A DNA stretch of 52,543 bases, taken from the NCBI GenBank assembly GCA_012026655.1, contig JAAILG010002620.1:1-52543 (forward strand). The letters are read 5' to 3'. Origin of the DNA: Hydrolagus affinis (taxonomy: Eukaryota). A program made the position numbers and the translations under genes. Under the pieces are notes generated by a model, which saw only the letters and a list, made by a program, of their open reading frames with translations, had not been told where the DNA came from and made no database searches. Position 1 is the stretch's first letter, and every line of letters begins with the position of its first letter. This document shows positions 1 through 11,449 of the stretch, piece by piece.

Positions 1-1919
1 GATTAACCTGGGCCACAAGGAAGCGTATGGGGAAGCAGGCGTGTGGTAGCAACACGCTGTTTTAAATATGGGATCTGATACTTTGTCTTTGTTTAATACG
101 TACTTCTGCGTTTTCTACCTCACGCAAAAGCACAATTGCTTCAGGGTTATTTTCAGGCAAACGTGTTACAATTTTACCTTAACTTTAACGTTCACCCATC
201 GAGCGCATTCTGTTGGGGGAATTAGTTTCGATCGTTTGGCGTTTTGTGGCCCAAAGAAGGAACCATGAACTCTCCCCACTCCCCTCCTCCTCCTTCCCCC
301 GGTATAATATGTAAAGAACCATCAAACAATCACAGAATAATGCTTTTTTTTTTAAATGAGATACACTTACAAACCTACGGCGTTCACCGCCTCCACTCGT
401 GTTACTGTTTGTCTTCGAACAAGATCCGAGCATTTAAAAACGAAGGTAAGTTTCCACTTTCGGGAATTTTCTTTCAGCTTTGCGCATATTTCTGATAACG
501 TTACGCATGTTTTAAGATCAGTTAAAGTAAATTGTAACATAATATGACGGGGATGGAGCTGTGGTGTAAATATTCTCATTGTGCAGAGTTAAATCTGGAC
601 ACTCGCATTACATAAACAAACGCACTGGCGTCTGAGACTGTCGTGTGGGAGAACGTGCAATGTAATGGTGTTTTTAAAATCGCATTAATATAATTACTTT
701 GGTACAAAAATTGCAAGATTTCCGTCATGGTCGCCATAAATTCCCCCTTTAAATCGCTTGATCAAAACGTTACGATTACAAGTTCATTGACTGTAAAAGT
801 AAATGAATCCCTCAACATGGATCTCCTGAAACATAAGACGATTACGGCATCCTACTTGTCTGATTTCCCCATTATTTAAGAAGGCTGCTCGGCACAGGGC
901 ACACTGTGTGAAGCTCACACGCAGGCCTACTGAATTTTCCATGGATAAAGTCAGCTTTTAAGTTGGGCGAATGTGCGAATACCCTTATATTCAAGCCAAC
1001 GTATGTAGCCAAGCTTAACGGCGATCTCTTACTCGATAGCAATATCAATCTGATACGTTTGTATACATATATACAGTATGTTTGTTTAACGTGTGGCTTG
1101 GGTTTTAATTGTTATTGACTGTATAACAGATACATTTCCCGAGTATTGCACTGGGATGTTACTGCCTGTTGTGGTGGGGAGCTTTCCAGCTGTCCTCTCC
1201 TCAGAGCCCGCAAGTGAGAGAGCGAAACAAGAAGCCCAAGAATTTGCAGAAAAACCCGGTGGAGTTGTGCACCTGATGAAGAAATACATTGATAGCAGCG
1301 TTGGTATCTGCCAAGCAAAATCACACGTCGAATACGGAAGTGGTGATTAACTGTGCAGCACGGTAGGTTTGGGGACGGCTCGGGTTTGCCAACATGAGGT
1401 TTTACTGCTGAACCTGTTAAGAAAGGGAAACGCCTGGAGTATATTTTACGTGCGTTGCATTTACGAAGTTAGAGGGTCTCTCACAGCAGCAGGTAGACAC
1501 GCGACTTCCCAGAGGCGCGGTGCGGGTAACTTCACTGCAGATCTGTACTTGTTCAGGGCCCGTTTCTTTTAAGCAAAAAGCAAACCGGAGCAGGAATAAG
1601 AAAATACCTGTCCAAGCTCTGCGCTGGTTGCAGTTATCTGCGCCCCCCACCCCACCTCTGCCGTTTATAATTTCACTCGTTCCGTCGTCTTATTTTTTTT
1701 ATTTTTATTATTACGATGATGATGATGATGATGCGAAGGTTAACGATTATAAGGTGTTCGTTAAGAAAACGAGCCACTGATGGGAAGATTGATGGTGGCG
1801 TAAAATAGTCCCTGGGACGAGAGCAGCCGAAGAAGCCTCCTTTGAAACTCAGCTGGTCGTAATGAGAAGCCGCCCGAACACATAGAGGTGATTACATCCC
1901 TTTGCGTAAAAACCATATG

Positions 1920-2060
1920 GTGTTGGTGTATAAAATTATGGCTGTAAAACATTGACCCTGTAACAACCTGCGGATTGATTTATATTCCATTGTTGTTGTA
2001 TTAATCACGTGGGGGCCGCGGCCAATGGCGGGGCAGAGCGTCTGCACCATATTAACAGCC
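1920..2060 (+). promoter_or_regulatory. HoxA9 proximal promoter (Hox/Cdx and Pbx-Hox-like sites, E-box, CCAAT box)
   Basis: TATAAAATTATGG at ~1928, TGATTTAT at ~1976, CACGTG 2006-2011, CCAAT 2022-2026 and a GC-rich stretch, 100-230 nt upstream of the HoxA9 ATG; resembles the known E-box/CCAAT Hoxa9 promoter. Confidence 0.7.
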
Positions 2061-2148
2061 TGGACTTGTTCGGGCGGTAAGTTGTAATTGAATTCCGCTC
2101 TTTCATATTTTCACAGGGAGCTTTTGCCGGGGATTTTTTTTGCCGACA

Positions 2149-2689
2149 ATGTCGACGCCGGGGACCCTCAGCAATTATTATGTCGACTCCCTCATAATGC
2201 ACGACAACGAGGACCTGCTGTCGTCCAGATACGCACCGGGTCCACTGGCTCAGCCTCCGCCCAGGCAGCCGGCTCTCTCTGAGCACCCGGACTTCTCCTC
2301 CTGCAGCTTCCAGTCCAAAGCCACGGTGTTCAGCACCTCCTGGAGCCCTGTCCACAGCCAGAGCTCTGCCACCGTGCCCGCCGTGTACCACCCCTACATT
2401 CACCAGGCGCCCATCGCCGCGCCTGACCCCAGGTACATGCGCTCCTGGCTGGATCCCATCCCGGGCAGCCTGTCCTTCCCCGGGTTGCCGTCCAGCAGAC
2501 ACTACGGCATCAAACACGAACCCGTGACTGCCCGCAGGAATGACTGTACCACGTTTGAGACACACACGTTAGCCTTTTCAGAGTATACTTGTGGAGCGTC
2601 TGCTGGCGACAAACTTGTGAGCGAGGTTCCCTTGTCTGAAAATAAGGGAGAGGTTGAGTCAATCGCAGATAAGCTACGCATTGATCCAA
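2149..2689 (+). CDS. HoxA9: Homeobox protein Hox-A9, coding exon 1
   Basis: ATG 2149; MSTPGTLSNYYVDSLI...PDFSSCSFQSKATVF...RYMRSWL...RHYGIKHEP...RRNDCTTFETHTL is the Hox9 N-terminal domain with A9-type segments; phase-1 donor A|GTAAGT at 2689/2690. Confidence 0.96.
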
Positions 2690-3366
2690 GTAAGTGCGGG
2701 AAATCCCCCCACCCCCCCCTCCCACCCCCTTTTCATCGCTTTTCAGTGTGAATTATATATTTGAACCGTTATATATTTTTGTCTTATTCTTTCTAGCATA
2801 AACGTAGTTGTGATATTTCGTCACAGTCTTGTGCTGTGCCTTTTTTGTCACTACTGTGAAATACTTAACGTTGACACAGACCACCCCTCCTTCATTCCAG
2901 AACAAAACTGTAACGACTAATAACCGACTTGATAATACATATACTTATGTTGAGGGCAAACTCTAACGGATAACGAGTCCGCTGTATGAAGAAACACAAT
3001 CCATGTAAATACGCACGTAGATATCATTTTGATACTTAGTTTCTGGACGAATTCGTGTCGGGTTAATTGATCAATACAAAATGATAGATTCCCATCTAAT
3101 TTGTTTGCCTAATGAATGTTAGCTGTTCACAGGGCAAGCATGTGTGTGTTTATATATGTGCATGTGTAAATATATTCATGCTATGTGCAAACATACCTGA
3201 AGTTATAGCAACACGCCCCTATAATCCAATTTCTCTCCCTCTCCCCCCCCTCTCTCTCTTGTGTGCAGAACAGTCCCCATTCCGCGAACTTAAAACATGA
3301 AATAAACTTGAAAAAGGGGGGGGGGTTAAGGTGCAATAATAAAGTTATTTTTAAATATATTTCCAG

Positions 3367-3608
3367 GCGATCCTTCTGCCAATTGGCTACACGCGAGATC
3401 CACCAGGAAAAAGCGCTGCCCTTACTCTAAACACCAGACCCTGGAGCTGGAAAAGGAGTTCTTGTTTAACATGTACCTCACAAGGGACCGCAGATACGAG
3501 GTCGCCAGAGTGCTGACCCTCACCGAGAGACAAGTCAAAATCTGGTTCCAAAACAGGAGGATGAAGATGAAAAAAATCAACAAGGAACGACCGAAGGATG
3601 ATCGGTGA
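3367..3608 (+). CDS. HoxA9: Homeobox protein Hox-A9, coding exon 2 (homeodomain); spliced product 260 aa
   Basis: Acceptor TTCCAG| 3366; reads (S)[79 protein letters not shown], stop TGA 3606-3608; missed by the ORF track as it has no start codon. Confidence 0.96.
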
Positions 3609-3610
3609 CC

Positions 3611-3868
3611 GGGGGGCTGGGGGAGGGAGGGAGGGAGGGGGGGGAGGGGGCGAAAAGAATTGCAATAACAGGGTTTTCAAAAAAGAAAGGGGGGAAAAAA
3701 AAAGAAAACGATTTCATAATTACACCCGAAGTAGGCCTCACATCAAACAACAAGGAAAGGAAAAAACCACGGGGACGTTTTGCATTTGCAGGAGCACAAG
3801 TGATTCCTTTGCCAGTGTTTTGGACACTGTAATGGGGGGGGAGGGGGAGGGAGGGGTGGGGGGGGGAG
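3611..3868 (+). repeat. Two G-rich tracts (3611-3650, 3833-3868) in the HoxA9 3' UTR, G-quadruplex-capable
   Basis: Runs such as GGGGGAGGGAGGGAGGGAGGGGGGGGAGGGGG read directly. Confidence 0.75.
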
Positions 3869-3956
3869 TTGATACAGTTGTAGTTGGGAACCAAAGAAGG
3901 AGATATTTGCGGCAAAGTAAAAGTCTGTGGTTACGGAATCTACCTTTTATTTACAT

Positions 3957-4557
3957 GGAAACTACCTTCTCTTAATCCACTGTTATTCGTGGACAATAAT
4001 CTAGTGAATACTGTATTAGTGGTTTTACATGCAGCAAATGAGGCTGTCTATATACTTGAATCCTTGTGTCTGTCTGTTGTGGTAATTATCTATGTGACTG
4101 GGCCTCTGTGCTTGGGTGATGTCTGACTAGTGGTCGTGTAAACAAACAAAGGTCTCAATTTAACTCAGGATGTTTAATATAAGGTAACACCGCTGTGTAG
4201 TGCATATGAAATGTAGTTTCGTTGTGAACTTGGAACATATATTGTATTATTTTCACAGTGAATTACATTTAGAAAGCCCTGGGCTCACGCTGTCTTTGTG
4301 AGTACCGGCCTGGCCCAGGGTGCATGGTGATTGTGTTGTTCTTCAGAAATTATATGAAATTGAACTACATAGAATGCTAATATAAGTTTTATTTCAAAGA
4401 GCAGCGCTGAGCATTATGCTACCCGATACTTTTGTCTGTTGAAATAAAAGCACGAGTAAAGTTCTCAGACAACTTCGTATTTATCGGTGTTTTCGTGGTG
4501 CAACAACGTATGAATTTTAGTTTGAAACTACCTATATGTATAACTAGCAACTACCTA
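3957..4557 (+). promoter_or_regulatory. Three miR-196 seed matches in the HoxA9 3' UTR
   Basis: GGAAACTACCT 3957-3967, TGAAACTACCTA 4523-4534, ACTACCTA 4550-4557; complementary to the miR-196 5' end UAGGUAGUUUC. Confidence 0.8.
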
Positions 4558-4639
4558 TGTTTTGTGTGTGACTGTCACCCTTAATATTGTTTTGATGCAT
4601 TTATGAACGATTGAACAAATAAACGATATTGTCAATAAA
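4443..4639 (+). terminator. HoxA9 candidate polyadenylation signals
   Basis: AATAAA at 4443-4448, 4618-4623 and 4634-4639, with GT/T-rich sequence downstream. Confidence 0.55.
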
Positions 4640-5949
4640 TGTATTGTGTACAATACAAGTAAAACTCTCTGGGTGCAATAGTAAGAGCTTGTCAGGGTTG
4701 GCTTTGGACCTGTAGAACTAACGCATTTACACTGTATATACGTTTGAAATGAATACCTCCTGGCATATTGACCAAACTATGCTGTTTGCAATGAAATGTC
4801 ATTTTATTTGTTGTCTAATAAAATATATGTTTCACTATATTTACATAGGCTTTCGATTTAAAAATGCAACGAATATACTGCATCCAATTCTGCTAATTGT
4901 TGCTATTTGTTCATTCCTTAATCATTTTAAATTTTGTAAAAATACGCTGAACGCAAAAATCAGTTTCAGTTGCAATCCAGTCACTGCTTTCTGAGGCACA
5001 TGACGAAAGCATCAACCGCATCAGTAAAGCGGATATGCTTCGAAACCAAAATTGGGGAGTTCAAAGTTTAATGCAATAAAAATAATAAAACAATTGCTGG
5101 CAAGATTGCCCCTTTCTAGCGAATATATACAGTATTATTAAATACACAATGCTGGTTTCAAAATGTATATTGTGCACATTTCAACGTTAACATAACAACA
5201 AGAGTTACTGGAGTTGTGACAATCTTACGGTAGCATCATGCGTTTTCAAATTGAAACAATTAAAAAATTAACTGCAGGTTTGCGCCTTGTCCATCAATAT
5301 TAGGAAGAGCTTTATCACCTGAACAGCTACAGTGCAATATTTAGTGGGTCAATTCAATTGAACTGAAAATGTGATTTCTGATAGAAACAATAAATCCAAA
5401 CCACGGCTGCAACATCTTGTTAGTGAGATAAATTCACATAGATTTGAGCTTCACATGCAATTCTCACTCATTAGTTCTGAAAACGGAAAACTATTTAATA
5501 ACAAACGTTGTTAGTTTATTCGTATTTGCAGTTGTTTGTAACATTGGCTGTGAGTTATTTATTTAAGCCGTTGTTTTACTGGAAATGGAATGAGAACCTT
5601 AACTTGACTTTTGAAGCAATTTCAAAGTTCTTGGATTTAACCATATTATTAAAAAAGCAACGTTAAATAATGTCTTGGCAACAATCCTGCCGGTGCTTCT
5701 CAGCTGCCCAGCACTAGAGTCAAATACTTAGGAACCAAATAAAGTTAAATTAGTCTTAGACAGACATCTTACCGATATAAAATGTGCACCGCCTGCCCGT
5801 TTAGTCAACTTCCCTTCCAAGAATAAGGATGCCTAGTAGCTTTTTTTTAAATCCCGAAGACAGTTTGGATAGATTTAGTGGAACTCAAATGGTTTGGAAA
5901 CTGGACAGAAAGGCCCCAGTAGTTGTACGTCTTGGCAAAGGCTGTCGTT

Positions 5950-6026
5950 AGTAAAATTCTGAGTGGTGTACCGCAATAAAAGAAAATGACTGCTGTAAGC
6001 GTTTATGGGGTGTAAAACACTGGAGG
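5950..6026. promoter_or_regulatory. Cdx/posterior-Hox site cluster, candidate enhancer of Hox8-upstream type
   Basis: GTAAAA, GCAATAAAAGAAAATGAC, GTTTATGG and GTAAAA within 75 nt; resembles the Cdx-bound element between Hoxb9 and Hoxb8 as recalled. Confidence 0.5.
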
Positions 6027-6217
6027 TTAAGGGGCGAAGCACGTAAACAAGACACTGAGGATCACACATTTGGAGAATTCAGTGTGAGACTGCAGCTATT
6101 TGTATCGAGCCGCATCTATTGCAAAAATGCTCTTTTTTGGTGCGATATTAAAATAGTTGCTAAACGTGAACTGTCTTTTTTATTTTCGTCTTCAGTCCAG
6201 AGGGTTGTAAGGCTGAG

Positions 6218-6231
6218 GCGCCCTCTGTTGT
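6218..6231 (-). promoter_or_regulatory. Candidate CTCF site between HoxA9 and HoxA7 (C7|9-like boundary)
   Basis: Minus strand ACAACAGAGGGCGC matches 12/14 of CCASYAGRKGGCRS; a CTCF boundary is known in this interval in mammals. Confidence 0.55.
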
Positions 6232-6661
6232 TGCAGATCGAACTTCAAAGACTAAACGGGGAGACTCGCAATAAAATGAAGGGTCTGGCAAGTCGTCTGG
6301 AATTCAGGTTTTAATGAGTTTACAACTGTCCAGCTACAATCAGTATTTTTCCAGAGAAGGCCATCCATGTGTTTTGTCTGGCTGCTTAGACAAAAGGGTC
6401 TGCGGAAATAACGACCTTTATTAGTCTCGTCTCTAACGTGGGCCCCTCAAATATCCCTTTGCTAATTTATAGTCTGGTGTAAAAGGGTCTTTCGCAATGT
6501 TAGAGCAGGGCGGGAAGCAAACGATTCGGAATTAAATTTGATGTGGTCATATATAGTCACTAATTTTCATGTTTAGGCTGCAGATTGACAAAAACAAATG
6601 TATTTTTATTCATTCTCGTTGAAAGCGATTTCCTCTTGTCACTTCGCTTTATATCCAGCAG

Positions 6662-7400
6662 ATGGCAGTGTTAATCCACCGAAAAATACAAAAACAGTGC
6701 CACCAAGCTGTCAAAGAATGCAATCGCCACCTTAAGGTTGGATTTATTTATGCAGTAGCTTGTTAAATAGGACGAAAATATTCTCTACAAATGACACATG
6801 AGAACAAAATACTGAGGTCAGTGAAGTATACAGATTTGGAATCTAACAACATGTTTAAAGACCAATTTGATCACTTGGTTAACAAATCAATTTGCAGTTT
6901 TTTGAGTTTTATTCAATCTCGAATGCCGCTTGTTATTCCGGTTGCAGCAAGGGGAAATGATTCGTGGGTCTGATAAGGTTATACAGAGGCCTGATAAACA
7001 CATACTTTGGTTTTTTTTTGGGGGGGGAGTCGTACTGAAAACAATACGTATCTAAGTTTTAATTTGTGACTTATTCTTCAAGTCGGAGAAGTAACATCAA
7101 TATTATTCTACGCACTCTGCTTTATAATTAATATTCATATAGTTTCATATTTAATACGTTCGAATACATTTCCAGCAGAATTTTTAGAGGACACAACGTA
7201 ATATTTTACGGATATTACATTTGAAATAGATAATTACCAGGTACACCTTGTTTTCTGCAGGAAAAGCCAGAGGCAGAGCGATGCAGGTATAAAATAGAGC
7301 AAGAATCTAAAGATTTGTAGAATTATATTTTGTCCCTTTAAAGCAACGCACGATCATAGAAACAAACAAGATGAAGTGAGAGAAACAAAAAGATAAGACG
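6662..7400 (+). pseudogene. Highly decayed Hox paralogue-group-8 remnant (psi-HoxA8)
   Basis: Colinear fragments: VNPP/KYKNS (6670-6698), VKYTDLESNNMFKDQFDHLVNKS (6821-6889), acceptor TTTTCTGCAG (7251-7260), GKARGR, RYKIEQESKDL and MK*EKQKDK (7371-7397); correct position and strand for Hox8. Confidence 0.6.
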
Positions 7401-8603
7401 GGGTGGGTCTCTGTTAAAGCTTAAACAACATTCAAAATCCGTGTGTAATTATAGTATAACTGTGATATATTAAGTCATTGTAAACTGCGAGTTCACTATG
7501 TTTAAGTGTATGTTAACTGTCACAGCATCATCAGGATCCTTACGTCTCCGAAGGCAACAAAGAGGCTTGTTTGGGATGGGAAAATCCAGATAAAGCGTTT
7601 AAATGGTCCCCAAACAACACTGGTCAGTGGAGGTTGTTCAGTAAACTTGGGAGTGCACGGAATCTAGGTTTATTTTACAAATGGAGAGATTAATTTGTGC
7701 TGGTGTTTGAATGTATGTGATGTTGCGTAACATTGCAATCACTGTCTGACACTCAAGCGTCTTCCTTTTTATGTAAGGTGATTGTTACATTTCAATACAG
7801 TCACTTCATTTTCCTCACACACGAATCGAAATCTTTAGCTCTGAAATCCCATGAAAGGTTTCAAGTATTGTTCCACTCAATTCACATTTTAGATGGGGGA
7901 GGTACCAAATTGAACCCCAAATAAAGATTTCCGCTTACTTTCATTGTGACGATAATTATTCTTTCAGTTCATTTGTACCAAAGTAATATTCGGCTTTACA
8001 CTTTCTCGAAAGGTTCAGTGCAATTATAAACAAAAATGTCTATTTTATTTGCATATGTAATACAATCCGTTTAAATTATCTTGTTACATTTTAATCCAAT
8101 ATTACATAGAAATCAAAAGGTAGTGGGAAAATACTCTTATTTTTATTATAAATACATAATAATCATTTCTGGTCATACAATACGTTTCAATTTAGACCAA
8201 ATTATAAACAACATCAATATTTATATTTAACATTGTACAGAACATTGTACAGAATTCTTATTAAATCGTATATAAAATGGATAATATTCTATGATTACTT
8301 TGTTCCTTCTTTGCTGGTTAATTCCACCGTGATGGGTATCACGTTTTGATGTGCTATGTTCTGAGTAGCACAATAACAAGTGTTGCAAGCATTCTCTCGC
8401 GTTCTTGTCCTGGGTAAGTACATGATATCACATCTATTTTCAAATCAACTGTAATCATTCATTGGATTAACGCAGTGAAATATTAGTATAGAGCCTGTGT
8501 CCGTATCAATCAAAATGCAAAAATAAAAAGACTGCCTCCAACATCAGAAAAAATCTACAGTTAAATATACAAATATGGTCAAATGATTACGACGTGATTT
8601 TAA

Positions 8604-8824
8604 TATGTATGAATGCATGCGATGTAATACATACATATATGTATGCATGCATGCATGTATGTATGTATGCACGCACGCATGCATGTACGTATATGTATCT
8701 AAGTATATGTATGTATGTATTTTTGATTGTATGCATTTATGCATGTATGTATGCATGGTTGTGTGTAAGTGTTTGAGTTTGCATGTATCTTCCTCTATAT
8801 TTGTATACATACTTATGTTTGTAT
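8604..8824. repeat. Degenerate (TATG/TGCA)n tetranucleotide microsatellite
   Basis: tatgtatgcatgcatgcatgtatgtatgtatgcacgcacgcatgc...; explains the low-complexity ORFs on both strands here. Confidence 0.9.
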
Positions 8825-11449
8825 TCCTAATTTAAATTTCCACCTGGTCATACTTGCCTAAATTTCGAATTCTTAAAAAAATGATAACTATGATCTATAG
8901 CTCCAACTAATTTCGTCGTATTAATTTTAACTTTATCGTGGCATGTGGTTTCAGTCTTGATCCGCAAACATATAGAAACCTGCTGGTATATTCACAACAA
9001 CACAACGTTACACAGCTACAGACTTTACATGAGCAAGCTGGCAATTGAAATGACAACCGCAGCAATTTAACCATACATATATTTGTCTTTAATTAGCTTC
9101 AGGGCGATACACACACCAATGCGGTCGCAGTTTGTATTAATGAAGAAAAGTGGTTTGAGATTGTTTGCAGACCTGAGCGTATTTTTGAACGTTTTCTTAA
9201 CGGTGAAGGTTGTTGTAATGTGAAACAGTCCTGATTAAAATCGTGTACAAAATACCATATCGATGCTATATTTGTGGGGGGGGGAAACAAAGGCTGCTTA
9301 AAGCACACGAGTGGGACAGTGCAATAACAATACTCTCCTTACAAAGTGCCAAGAAGCTGACCGGTCTGCCAAGCTTTGGGTTTAAGGTCGGAGTAAATTG
9401 CAAAACAGAAGAGAAAAAATTCAGCTGTTTTTTCAAACCATCTGTTTTATATTATTGTGGGAATCTGCGCGTTTGTCCACCCTGGTAGTGAACGTTTCCT
9501 TAAGTTTACATCATTCTTTTGTTGAAAACGTGGCCATACAGTGCAACCAAATAAATCCACATCTATATTTCCCATGTGCTTCCTGATAAGGCATCTGATT
9601 TTATTCTCGCTGGGTGGATTTGTAGATATTCGAGTGTTTGCTTTGCTTGTACTTTCCATCGTTTCTTCGCTGTTTATCACAGAAAATATGATGTGTATCT
9701 GGCAACTTACTTTTCAGTGAGGTATTCTCAGACCTGAACACAAATGAAAACGTTTAAATTGCGCGAATTTCTCACCATCGACAGTAGAAATATCCATGAT
9801 GTTGTTGAGTGAAACTACTGAAATTTGGGAAAGAATTTTTTTTAAAAACAAAACAAAATTCGCACATCTCTCTCAATTTGGTAAACCACTTCAAAACTAC
9901 TGGGTCTTTTCAAGGAATATATTTCGGGGGGGAAAGTTCATTCGCTTCCCGGAACACTCCAATTACTATTCTGCTTAATCTAAGATGGAGATAACAGATA
10001 AATGTTCTGGGTTGAATGTTGTTTTGTCAAACGAAGATTGCTTCAAACGAGCGAGAGACGAATGTAGTTAGTACACTAACCCGCTAAAACATCCCCACAG
10101 TGAGGCAGACCCTGTCTGCTCAGCACAAAGGTTGCTTCTCGTTATAAGTGTCTCCAGAGATCAAACGAGAAAAATAATTTACAATATTAGAGGAAATGCT
10201 TTGGAATGGTTTGCGTGAGGATCCGAGCCGAAATCAGCGTTTTCTGATAATTATTTATGCCTATCCTTCAATACGCCAAACACATTGTTATGGAATGGTT
10301 ACTTTACACGGAGTTTCTATTGAGGCGAATACAAGGAATTCAGAATTCAGTCTTGTCCACTAAAATATAGTGGAATGTGGAGTGAACGCACACATGAATC
10401 ATTGGCATTGCGGGAAACCCTGCATTAAAGCGCAGAAAGCAGTCAGGAGAAAGCAGAATTTACAATAAAGTGTGTAAAACGGCTTCGGAAACAAGTTCTG
10501 TGATTTAATGAGAGGATTGAAAAAAAAGTTGTAAAACAGAAGGAGGAAATGATGCAGGGGCAATTCCCCTGCGGGGATTTGGTCAGATTACCTAGCAACT
10601 CGAAAAGATTTTCACAGAATAGTTGTTGCACTGGTAACAGCAGAAGGAAACATGGTCTCTTATCTGATATTATGCACTTTAGAGAATCAATATGCCACAC
10701 GTTTGGAAATCTTTAAAAACCCTCGACTGAAGAGCTAATAAGGAGGTACTGGCTTCACGGTGAAGGTCCCTGAGTGGTGCTGCAGTCTATATCCTTCTGC
10801 GTTTATAGCTCCGCTAAAACCCTGCAGTATCCTGTTCTATAATCCAGAGATTAGATCCCACTGATAATTAATCGACGGTGTTAACAGTTTCTGCGTTACT
10901 TAACCAACTCAAGTTTCTGTAGGGGATTGCAGCTCGTCGCAGGCGGAGAAAACAAGGCATCCGTCAGAAGAGCCGAAAAGCAGCGGAAATCTTGTGATAT
11001 ATAAAAAAAAGAGAGAACGCTTTTAACATTATGTATCAAAGCAAGTGCAAACACGGTTTGTAACCCTGAGGAATTAAGAGTGAGTGATTTATGCTTACGT
11101 TTCTTCAACGGGTTTAGTTTCTCGAGGGAGTGAACCCAGTGCCCACAGGTCCCCTCGTTGTTCACGATCGGGGCTAAACATTTTATTCAAATAAATTTAG
11201 AAATTTATTGTTGATCTGATTTTTCAAACCATACCTGTGATTCCCAAGCCTACACAGATGTGAGGGGAGGGTGGAAACCGGAATCACTCCCAAAGCTTCT
11301 GTTCTGCACATAATTATTCCTCTTTTTTTTAAAAAAGGGAAAGTCTGACCAGCACCTGTGTTGTTGTGACGCCAGACACGATGTTTGTATTTTGCTGCTT
11401 TTATTTTGAAAATCATCAGATAAGGTGATACTTGCCACTGGTGCCTCGG

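Noticed and set aside
1131-1170. TATTGCACT (miR-92/25 family 5' end) in a small hairpin
   Set aside because: Only 9 nt match, stem far too short for a pre-miRNA, and no such miRNA is known in Hox clusters
1345-1420. Possible mir-196 hairpin upstream of HoxA9 (GGTAGGTTT...CAACATGA...ACTGCTGAA)
   Set aside because: No intact TAGGTAGTTT, needs several gaps and the stem is poor; the real HoxA mir-196 is expected further upstream, outside the window
2005-2565. 186-aa antisense ORF over HoxA9 exon 1, and similar antisense ORFs over the A6, A5 and A4 exons
   Set aside because: Expected shadow ORFs of coding sequence; no recognisable domain
8544-8835. ORFs rich in M/Y/V/C/H/T
   Set aside because: Translation of the TATG/TGCA microsatellite
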